NCBI GenBank assembly: GCA_044892505.1
Contig: CM097882.1
Location: forward strand, 449,376,001-449,440,000
DNA: 64,000 bases
DNA from: Schmidtea nova
Taxonomy: Eukaryota
Direction of reading: 5' to 3'
Shown here: in pieces, positions 1 through 10,700 of the stretch
Layout: the number at the start of each line of letters is the position of its first letter
Position numbering within the stretch: position 1 is the stretch's first letter
The notes under the pieces: model-generated
The model's input: the letters and a program-made list of their open reading frames with translations, nothing else
What the model was told of the DNA's origin: nothing
Databases searched by the model: none
Program-made: the position numbers and the translations under genes

Positions 1-520
1 GACACACCATGGTAGGGCATGCTCAGTCTTTAAATTTTTGGTAAATTGAATCGAAAGGGAACCTCCCGCATGGAAAACAGTGAGCAACAACTAAAATAAA
101 TTTGAATAATTTCGTTGGAATGAGAAAATCCAACGTAGTCCAAAGTCCGATTTCATTCGGAATCAGCATTTCGCCTACAAAATTCTAATATCGATAAATT
201 CCGATCGCGATGGAATGCGTCGGAAAATCCAAATTAAATTAGTTACTAAAAATAGGCCGATCGTCGTATATGACGCGGTTTCCCAAGTTATTCTCCGATC
301 GCTGTATATAGCGCGGAAATCTTGATTAAATTTGATAATTCCTGAATGCTGTATATAGCACAGGACTAATTATGAACTCTTTATTCCGACCGTGGTAGAT
401 CACGGCGGAGAGAAATAAAATTAATCTTATTTTTTAACTGTTGTGATTATATGCAACATAATTAAATTATCAACGAATTTCCCCCTTAACTCATATTTAT
501 ATCCAATAAATGTAATATAG

Positions 521-1000
521 ATGTCGACAGCTGAACTTACAAATCAATTAACGCAACTACGGAATATGGAGCAAGGGAATCTGCGGAATGAAAATCTCTC
601 GCAGCTCAAGGAACTACCAGCATCGATATTGCGAACCCTCAACTGCCAAATGTATAAGTGGCGACAGGGGTTTGGCCGAAAATGCCCGTTCTCGATATGG
701 ACAGGAGGGCACGACCAAATACTCTATCGAGGAGGACCGAACTGGCCGATTTCTCAAAGGCCGTACTCAAACAAATTTGGCCGACTTGTCGTACTGATCA
801 AGGACACCGATGGACAGACAAGCCGAGTAATTTATTGGGGGCATATCCCTCGTCGAGAGCTGTGCCAATTGGGTCTGCACGAATTCCTGCCGCGAAAACC
901 CTTCGGCAAGGAATGCCAGAAAGGACAACCTGCGTTTTCCTGGGCTCGTCTCCGTCAGAAACCGATTAACAGCGAATTACATAGCCTGTTTCGGAGATAA
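521..1000 (+). CDS. LTR-encoded ORF A, 159 aa, unknown function
   Basis: ATG-initiated ORF with AT-rich flanks, present in both LTRs; no recognisable domain. Confidence 0.5.
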   Translation: MSTAELTNQLTQLRNMEQGNLRNENLSQLKELPASILRTLNCQMYKWRQGFGRKCPFSIWTGGHDQILYRGGPNWPISQRPYSNKFGRLVVLIKDTDGQTSRVIYWGHIPRRELCQLGLHEFLPRKPFGKECQKGQPAFSWARLRQKPINSELHSLFRR

Positions 1001-1184
1001 GAACTGATTGTCAAATCTTTCAAATTGTGATTAAATATTAATATTCAGCAGTGTTTTTGTTATGTTGTTTTGAGTTTTGGTATTGTGTTTTTAATAATTC
1101 ATATTCGTAACCAAATAGCCCTATGATCAGTTTCATTTTTCACATCATTTAATCATAGAGTAAATATCCTAAATACATTATAGA

Positions 1185-1781
1185 ATGAACCCAGATTTGA
1201 TGCAGAAAGAATTGGAAAAGATGTGGCGGATTCGGAGAGCCCAGGACAAGGAATTGGGTCTCCTCAAGGCACAATTGATCAAAGCAGAGGCACAGATTGC
1301 ATATTTGCGCAAAAGCTGGTTTGCTCCGGCCCGAATGAAGGAGCAAATCAGTAAAACCGAGCGCGCCCAACAAACTGCAGCCGATTACCAAATGGAATGG
1401 GAGGCTACAAAGATAGAACTCCGAAAATGCCTCCATTCCGTAACTGCCTCATACATCGAGAAGGAACTCAGAGAGCAAATCCGTCCGATTACGTACCAAG
1501 CTTGGACGGCAGAAAAGAAGACAGTAAACTCCATTGGAACGGATGTCTCCGATTTAATTGAAAGTCGGAATGTGACAGCTCCTCCAGCCCATTCAACCAC
1601 TTCATCGGCGACTGCGCACCAGAAACGCAAGCGCATTGGGCAGAAACGGCGGAGACAGAGAAAATTATTTGCCCAGCAATTACAAATCCAAGTCGATGGT
1701 CTACGTCAGATGACTGAGGAAGCATTATTGACGGAGATTTTTCCTCCGGCGGGAGTTTTTACCGAACTCATTAAAAATTAA
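1185..1781 (+). CDS. LTR-encoded ORF B, 198 aa, coiled-coil with basic NLS-like stretch
   Basis: ATG ORF with helical heptad pattern and QKRKRIGQKRRRQRK; identical translation at 27758-28354. Confidence 0.6.
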   Translation: MNPDLMQKELEKMWRIRRAQDKELGLLKAQLIKAEAQIAYLRKSWFAPARMKEQISKTERAQQTAADYQMEWEATKIELRKCLHSVTASYIEKELREQIRPITYQAWTAEKKTVNSIGTDVSDLIESRNVTAPPAHSTTSSATAHQKRKRIGQKRRRQRKLFAQQLQIQVDGLRQMTEEALLTEIFPPAGVFTELIKN

Positions 1782-2255
1782 ATAAATTGTTGCATTGGCT
1801 TAAGAATCTCATCGTTCCTTTAAATTGATTTAATTAACTTTACCAATGATTAAATAAAGATAGAACAAAAGTATAAATTCAGTTTACAAAATATCGAATC
1901 GAGATAATTAAATAATTAAGCGAGCATTCGTTGAAATACTTCTCGCAGACTGAGTAATGAAAAAAATAAATTTTCTGAAAGATTTACACGGAATACATAA
2001 GTAGATGATTAAAGCATAAGTCCTTCTAACGGCAGCGATGAACCCGTAAACATAAATGGGGAGTAGTACTAGCGATAGTGCTCACCTGCCCATCATTGTT
2101 TAACCACCCTGCGCATCACCAACTTGATTATATAGGGAAATAATCAAGGGCGCTTGAGTGTAGAATTGCAATTTTATGCATGATCATGGATGAGGGATCC
2201 CTAGTCATTGTTAGAGCATTTTTCATCTAACCCCTCCATGAACCCAGCATAAATT

Positions 2256-2273
2256 TGGGGGCTCAGCCGGGAT
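2256..2273 (+). other. Primer-binding site, tRNA-Pro-like
   Basis: TGGGGGCTCAGCCGGGAT, 6 nt after the LTR end; 16/18 match to the tRNA-Pro PBS TGGGGGCTCGTCCGGGAT of gammaretroviruses. Confidence 0.8.
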
Positions 2274-2580
2274 CAACTTCGTTTTATCGGAAAAATGTAA
2301 ATGTAAAATCTGCAGAGAAGTTTAAAACGCTCGTGTCAATTAATTTAATAAAAAACAGAAAGGTTATAATTAAATTTAAATTATTGTATAAAAATTAAAA
2401 TAACAACATGGCAGTGAACAAAAGTGAAGTTAAAAATTAAATGCATGCATAGATAATTTGTCGGGACGACAATTTTCGGAAACACGGGGGGAGTTAAATA
2501 TTAAAAGATACAAAACGAAACATATTACTACCTTAAAAACGATAAAAATAACAGAGTTAAAACGATTATTTATTCAGTAA

Positions 2581-3042
2581 ATGGAGGAAAAACTGAAAGA
2601 AATTGAAGAATTTCTCAACACAGAAAGCGAAACATTAGAAACGATTGGCAAGAAAATAAACCGATTTAGAGAGACTGAATTTCAGGAACCCACAACACAG
2701 ACTGAAGAGACGGATGAGTTAATAAAGATAACAGAAAGAACAGGTAAAATCGACATAAAGACCCGCTACAAATGGTACAGAGCACGATTAGAAAATGCAG
2801 AACTAAACATTAAGTGCAGGCAAATAGAACAACGATTAACCCCAACATACAATCGATGGAGGGCGCAGGGGGTAGAAGCAGCGAAAAAATACCGACAGTG
2901 CTATATATGTGAGGATAGCGAGATACAAATTATGTTTTTACCTTGTGGACATTTTCGCTTTTGTAAAATATGTGCCAGCAAGTGCGACCTATGTCCTATG
3001 TGCAACCTGATGATAGACGATAAAATTATTGTATATTTATAA
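2581..3042 (+). CDS. Coiled-coil plus C-terminal IAP/XIAP-type RING-HC E3 ligase (no BIR domain)
   Basis: CYICEDSEIQIMFLPCGHFRFCKICASKCDLCPMC at the extreme C-terminus, as in IAP-family RINGs; AATAAA follows the stop. Confidence 0.85.
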   Translation: MEEKLKEIEEFLNTESETLETIGKKINRFRETEFQEPTTQTEETDELIKITERTGKIDIKTRYKWYRARLENAELNIKCRQIEQRLTPTYNRWRAQGVEAAKKYRQCYICEDSEIQIMFLPCGHFRFCKICASKCDLCPMCNLMIDDKIIVYL

Positions 3043-3522
3043 TAAATAAAATTTGAATGGAATTTTATTGATTTATTGATAAGGAAATCATGGGTACAAT
3101 TGTCATATATAAATAATTTTTGAGCTACTGCAAAGTAGTCCGATAGGAATCCATTGGGAGGTACCGGTTGATCAACTTATTCAAGGTGTATAGAAAGGGG
3201 CCCATCGCAAATGTTGGAAAGTTTTTGTGATGTGATTGATCACCACATCCTGCATTAATGGACCAACGCGATCTTTTTGTATATTTTGGTTGGGGAGAGA
3301 GATAGGGAAATCTTGATGGAGTAAAGCGCGCATAGAGAAAAATAAATAAAAAGTTGAAGCAGACTGATCAGGAATAGTTATGATAGAATAAAGAGATAAA
3401 CGACAATTTTGAGAGAATAAAAGGTGCATAGTCAGCTCGCATAGAAGTAGTTATAACTCAGCTGAGAAATTTTAATCGCTAGCGAAGTTAAGAATTGTGA
3501 TTAACCGGTTAAATAAAGTTAG

Positions 3523-3727
3523 GAGATTTGTCCCTTGAAACAAAGGGTTATGAGATTTGTCCCTTGAAACAAAGGGTTAGGAGATTTGTCCCTTGAAACA
3601 AAGGGTTATGAGATTTGTCCCTTGAAACAAAGGGTTAGGAGATTTGTCCCTTGAAACAAAGGGTTATGAGATTTGTCCCTTGAAACAAAGGGCTAGGAGA
3701 TTTGTCCCTTGAAAAAAAAAAGGGTTG
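3523..3727 (+). repeat. Tandem array, 7 x 29 bp
   Basis: Unit GAGATTTGTCCCTTGAAACAAAGGGTTA(T/G) starting at 3523, 3552, 3581, 3610, 3639, 3668 and 3697; last base alternates T/G. Confidence 0.95.
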
Positions 3728-3770
3728 AGGCCAATGAGCCATATTGAATGACCTAGCTAGGCGTTATGGA

Positions 3771-4152
3771 GAGATTAAATTAAGGCCAGGAGAGCCATTG
3801 GAGAGATTAAATTGAGGCCAATAGAGCCATTTGAGAGATTAAATTAAGGCCAATAGAGCCATTTGAGAGATTAAATTAAGGCCAGGAGAGCCATTGGAGA
3901 GATTAAATTGAGGCCAATAGAGCCATTTGAGAGATTAAATTAAGGCCAATAGAGCCATTTGAGAGATTAAATTAAGGCCAAGAGAGCCATCTGAGAGATT
4001 AAATTAAGGCCAAGAGAGCCATTTGAGAGATTAAATTGGGGCCAAGAGAGCCATCTGAGAGAATAAATTGAGGCCAGGAGAGCCATTTGAGAGATTAAAT
4101 TGAGGCCAATAGAGCCATGTGAGATATAAAATTGAGGCCAGAAGAGCCATAG
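3771..4152 (+). repeat. Tandem array, about 12 x 32 bp
   Basis: Unit GAGATTAAATT(A/G)AGGCCA(GG/AT/AG)AGAGCCATT(G/T)GA with 32-bp period. Confidence 0.95.
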
Positions 4153-4762
4153 TGAATTATAGAGATATCCGGATAAATAGTAACAGGGGGAATATAGACC
4201 CATAGTATAATCGTCGACGAGATTTAGAGTAGTGCGCACCAGTAGTTAAGAGAATGCGAGTAAAGCTGATTATGCAACCTTAAGTAAAGCATGCAAGGAG
4301 AATAGTAAAAATTTGGGCTGACCGGAGCAACCGGCAGAATGAGTAAAAACGATTGCTAGCAGGGAATAATGAGTAGAGATGATAAAATAATGATAAACGA
4401 GTCAGAAAGACTCAGGGAATTAGAGCGCTCGAGCGACCAATAAATTGGGAAACTGTGGGAAAAGTAACTGATTTGATAAAACATAGATAATTATTACGAC
4501 GTAAATAGATAATTGTGACCAGTCTATAGATAATTTAAATAGACTAAAAATAAAGGGGAATCTGGGAATTGGGAAATAATGAAAACCCAGTAATAAGTAA
4601 TCCCGAAAGAAAGGGAATAAAAGCGCGACGATAACAATAATGTATCGTTGAGGACCTTTGTATTTTAGATATACAAATCAATCAAACCAACCAATCAAAC
4701 AAGAAGAATCAGAACACGATAAGAGATAAGACAGGAAAATTGAGTATACAAAAGTAATCCCG

Positions 4763-7700
4763 TTGAGAACAGGAGTAAAGAGTGTCGTAATAAAGCCAAC
4801 AGAAAAGAAAGTCGGCAGTGAGAGCAATAAAAAAGACAAAACTAGTACTACAACAAAAACAACAAAAAAGCAGAAAGCCGGCAAAGATAACAACAAGAAC
4901 CCACAAGGGAGTAAAGCGAGGAAAATAATAAGAGATAAAGCGATTATCGAAAACGATAAATTGTCAGTAGTAAGCAACAGTTCAAGTAACAAAGAAAACC
5001 AAGCAGAACCCAAAGAGAGCCAAACAAGTGAAATAGAAGTAGACGAAACTAATAACGATAATATAGAAGAATTAGAGAGTGAAGTAGAACAAGAAGTAGA
5101 AATCAACGAGAGCGATAACGATAGTATAATATCAGATCACGAAGTAATAAGAGAAACAGAAAGCGATTCAAGCTCGAGTAAAACGGAAGACGAACATAAC
5201 AACGAACTAGAAACAAGAGGAAACGAAAGTAAAATAACTCAAGACAGCGGAATTGAAATGGGTGAACCAAGAGAAGAAATAAAGGATAAATTTTCAGGAG
5301 AACCGTTTAACGGAGATGCAAGTAAATTAGAAACCTTTTTAAAAGAATTTGGCATATTCGTGGAAGTATGCAAATGGAAAGCTGAAACAACGGTAAGCAG
5401 AATTCAGTTATATTTGAAAGATAGTGCATTGGACCTATATTTGGAAGCGAAAAATGGTACCAATCCACCTACAAGCTGGACAGCGATAAAGGATTTTTTC
5501 CAACAAACATTTGGAATAAATAAAGTGCTAAGCGAGGCATTCATAGAATTTTCAATGAGGAAACAAAAGATGAATGAATCTAATGCGGTATACGCGAGCG
5601 AACTGAAAAAATTAGCAAAATCGGTATTCAAGGATGGAGGTCCAATAAACGAGGAGTTAATGGCAGCTATCTTCATAGGAGGACTAAGAAGACCTGACAT
5701 AAGAGCACAAGTTGGATGCCAAGGATGCAAAACCATAGATCAAGCGTTAGAAACAGCTAACCGATTTGAATTGCATATGATAGGAAGCGAAGGCAGAATT
5801 TATTTAGCCATGGACACAGCGCAAACAGAACCAGAAGTAAATCTCAACAATCATATTCCAAATTCGCAACAATTAAACCGACCACCCCCTCAACGAAGGA
5901 ATGAAGGAAATAAAGTGCAGAACTTTGAAAGCCAAAACAATTACAACCCTCAAAGACAAACAAAACAATGTAAAACATGCGGGAAGTTAGGACACTGGCA
6001 GCAAGAATGCTATCAAAATTTGAATTGCGGAAAATGTGGAGTTAAAGGACACTCGGAAAGCAGATGTTCTACAATAATCTGTTTTAATTGCGGACGACCT
6101 GGTCACTATTCAAGAAATTGCGGACAAAAAAGTAATCAACGAGGAAACTGGCAGAGTAATGGGAACCGACCAAATTACGGAAATCAAGCAAATACCGTAA
6201 ACCGACCAGATTATGGGAACCAACAAGTCAATAATAACAATAATCAGAACAAAACCACCCCCAAAGAAATACACTTAATGCAAGAAGTCCAAAGATTGAC
6301 GGAACTTATAAACAATACGACGAGAGGAAATCCGCAAACCAATCAACAGCAAATTAGCATGATGAGAAAAATAGAAAGCGAAAACGAACGATTGAATCGA
6401 GAAAGTCAAGCACGACACGCTCAGGAATGGGCAAGAATACAAAGAGAGGATGAACAAAAACAGCAAGAAAGAGAACGACAACCTCTAAGAATTAACATGC
6501 TAAGAGCAACAAACCAAACAGACACTCGCGAGAAAGAAACCACACTGGAAATGAATTCGATAGACCCGAATCCAGCCGACAACGAAAGTCGAAAAGAAAT
6601 AGTACAAAAAGATGAAGAAGTAGAAAAAGAAGCAGAAAAGGGAGAGGAAACCGAGATAAACCAGGAAGAGAGAAGAAAAATTTGGAAAAAAGGAATGATG
6701 GTAATCATGCCCAACGACCATATGTTTCGATTCCAATATAACGCAAAAGAAAAGGTGGAAATACTGTTCAATAAAGTAAACCAGATGATTCCAGGAGTGA
6801 CAAAACTGCCCAGAGAAGCGTTCTTACAAATAGGAGATGCACCATCAGTAAAATTAAAATTAACAGATACATGGGAAAACGTGGGAGTAACAGAGACAAA
6901 AAGAAATGTGATGAGAATTAAAGAAATAGAACCAGAAGAAATTCCACCACCAATACGTCACGAAACCCGAATCCGGCGAATATTTGAAGGAAAAATGATA
7001 AGAAGACGTTTAAAAGAGATAGACGAGTTGGGAAAGAAAATGGGAAAAGTCGAAGTAATAGAGGACAAGAGTGAACCAACACCAGAAATTGACAAAAACG
7101 AACAAGAACCAACGGAGAATATACAAGGAGAAACGAACCAAACAGCACATATTAATATGTTAAGAAATACCACCAGAGAGTTTTCCGATGAAGAAGAAGA
7201 TAGTGACATCAGTAGCCTAGCAGGAGACATATTAAATGAATCCGAAGACGAAAATAAAGAGAGAGAAGTAATAAAGACCTCAGAACCTACACAGATAAAA
7301 GTAGATGAAATCCAGAAATTATTAGATAACTCGCTAGAGGTAATATATAACGAAGAGTTCATGGACAAGAAACAATATCGGAAATTCATGAAAGCATTAC
7401 TACAAATGAACTACAAAGAATGGTTACAAGACCGGGAGGTAGACATGCTGAATCGATACGTAGGGAAATTAATAGAGGAACCACTCCTCAATTACACCAT
7501 CTCAATAATAATAAATACGTCTACACCAAGAATCTGGATCAAAACTCCATTTACAGATGATATCTACAGATGGGTAGAGGACAGACTAGGGAGCTCATAT
7601 AAAAACAAATTCATCTATTCGCAGAATAGACTCGTAAAGAAAAGAACGCACTTAGTAGAAACAGGTATATGGCCAGGAGAAATAACTCTGTTATCAATAT

Positions 7701-10700
7701 GTGATGAAAAAGAAGAAGAGAACCTACAAGAAGTTGCAAGGGAAGCAAACGCGTGCTTCGAACGGAGAATAAAACCACGGTTAGAATACGAGAAAGAACG
7801 AGTCTTACGAAAAAATCTAAATTCCCTGATAGAACAAATCATACCACAAGTCAAAAAACATAGAAAAGAGTTAATGAGAAGCGAATACGAGAAATTAAAA
7901 CGATGTATTGAGTGCATACGTGACACAAGTCACACGAGATGGTCACAAATCTCACACGATAAATTAATCGCAAAAATGGGAAAAACAATGTTCAGACAAG
8001 GGAAAATAACAGATCTAAAAATTTCGGTAGAATTACCTAATGAGGACACCAAAGAAATTGAGGTGGTAGCGGATTGCACCATTAAGGAATTAATAAATGT
8101 CATCAACGAGACACTAGTGCAAAGAGAACCAGAAGACGAATGGGAAGACGACATAATCATACAATACAACGAACATGTATTATGGGATCACGATGAGAGA
8201 CGATTATATAAAATCGGTATATGGGATAATCACCAAACAATCCACGTTATCAGAATGGACGATACACCAAGGGAAACTGCTAAAGATGAGAAAAGAGAAC
8301 GGGAACGACGGAAAGAAGTTGTGCGTAAATTACAACAAATAGTAGAAATTTATCGAAATTGGCGAATTGGGCCAGAGTGGGAAAATGTATTAGAAGAACT
8401 CAATCTCAACAGACGAATACGAACACCCGTAGAAAAACAATGGAACGAGAAAGGAAAATGTTGGGAACCAAAAGAAGGGGAATATGAAGAAGAATATAAA
8501 AGAGGAATTGAAGATGGCTGCGAACCAGAGATGGGAAGGGTCTGCATGGTGACAAGGAAAGCTACGCCAATAGACCTAGATGGACCAGAAACCGCGGCTA
8601 TGTGGCTAGAAAGGGAAAAGCAAAAAACGGAAGAATTTGTCGAAATATTAAAAACTAATGCGCACGGTAAGAGAAAAGTAATAAAGGGTCTCGCAGATTT
8701 TTTCGTGGTAAATGGGGAAGATATAACATGCTTGCGTAAAGTAGCAAAAGCAATCGCGGAATATAAAAGAGTTAACGAGTGGTGTCCGGAACAACTAGAC
8801 CACGTAATTAGGAAATGGAGAAATCAAGAATTCTCGCAAGAAATTCCACAGAAAGTACATTTAAGAATAATATATCCAAACAAGGATAAGGAAGAGCTTT
8901 GGGTAGGAATAGCAGAAAAAATTCGAGATATTAAAAAGAAATTGAGATACGAACCACCATTCCATTTACAACACCAAGGACGATCATTAGATAACAGTTT
9001 GGAAATCGGAATAACGCCAGCACAATTAGATCTCATGAATACCTTGACAGTAGAAGCAATAGCAGGTCAACCATTGAAACGTAAAGAAGAAAACCATAAA
9101 CCACACAGAAGTATAAGTACGCCAAGTCCGATGAAACCAGTACTAACGCCAGGAACAAGTTCAAGACGATCTGAGACAACACCCAGAGGAACCAGAGAAA
9201 GGACTCCACCACAACCATACGACGTGGACGAAATTTTAACGGATAGCGACGATATGATAGAAGAGTTAACCGAATTAACAAGGGAAAAGGACGATAACAT
9301 TTTCGAAAGAATACAAGAACTACCTACGACAATACAAGTAACCAACACCGGAGAAGCAGAAGTCGAAGAAGAAATAATAATAGAAGAAGTAAACGATCTA
9401 ACAGAAGACGAAACGAGAGGAGCGAATGTCGAAAATGTACAATTAACACAAGAAATGGAAAGATGGTTAGAAGAAAGAGCTAACGAACCAAGAGATGTCA
9501 CCGAAGAAACCGGACGAGCAACAAGGTTTGTGGAAATAGGTACAGGAATGGATAAACGACCTCGAGGTAGACCCAAGACAGACCCAGCAACAGTAGTTAT
9601 CAGAAATAAGGACGAAAAGAGACAAGATCAATGGGAATTATGTTTAAAGAAATTAAACAAAATCGCAGAGATGAAAGAAAAAGAGACAACACCAATATGT
9701 CAAGGGGAGGAATGGATATCGAAAACAATAATGGAACTATTGGCAATAATTGATCCGGAATTAAGAAAATACTGGCGTATAACGGAGATAAGCGAAAAGG
9801 CGAAGTCACTACACAGCGCAATCGCACCCATCTTACCGGAATTCATAAAAGAGAAGACGAAATCAAATCACTTAGACTGGCAAGGAACCACTATGTTAAT
9901 AAAGAAACTGACAGAAGGAGCGGAAACAGATAACAAATACGTAATAGCTATTGCATACACGATCTACAATCTGTTGACACTGAGTAGAGGTCGACCAAAA
10001 CCCACTGCATTAGAGAGACATATAAAAAATACCGCAAAGATTATAGCTAGAGAAATAGAACCCTACGTCATTAACAAAGGAGGATGGGAAACATTTATAA
10101 AAACTAACCAGAAGAAAACACAAGCCAAGAATATGAAAAAGAAATTCGAAAAAATATTGGAAGAGTTAGGAAAAGAACAAGCAGGAACAGGAAACGCAAA
10201 GTCATCAATGAATCTGAGTTCTATAATAATGATGATGTTGATATGGATGATTAGCACCGATAGCGCAACAGCATTCGAAGTGTTTGATTGCGACCAAATG
10301 AAGTTAGGAGAAAAGTATTCATTGAGAGGTACGGAGCAATGCAAAGATGCAACTCCGGTAGAGTTGCAAAAGATTAAAAAGGAACAATGGTACCACGTGT
10401 ATCAAGAAGCAGAACTCATAAAGACAATGGTGAACGAATGTAAAGTGCAGAAGACGAGATTCGCATTCTACTGCGGGAGAGGACATTATTCAGCAATTGT
10501 CATGCCAGGAACGGAAAGAGAACCAATCGTGTTACAAGGAGAGGATTGCGAAGCACTGTTTAAACATGGAGAAGTAACAACAAGAGATAAAATCAAGATA
10601 AGAGGAAAGCCAGGAATGATGATGCAACAGACGTACTATGTAGCAGGACGGATTACGGGAGGAGAAGGATATTGTCAAGGAGAAACCTACCCGATATTCG

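Larger units (their letters stand above)
1..2249 (+). repeat. 5' LTR (partial, truncated by window start)
   Basis: Matches 26574-28822; ends ...AACCCAGCA. On inspection I found one substitution (722 C vs 27295 T); the comparison was not exhaustive. Confidence 0.95.

Noticed and set aside
3523-4152. Repeat arrays (29, 32, 91, 28 and 120 bp) as CRISPR arrays
   Set aside because: Units are contiguous tandem copies with no unique spacers, no cas genes, and the context is eukaryotic.
3967-4239. Minus-strand ORF with repeated peptide
   Set aside because: Translation of the 32-bp tandem array.
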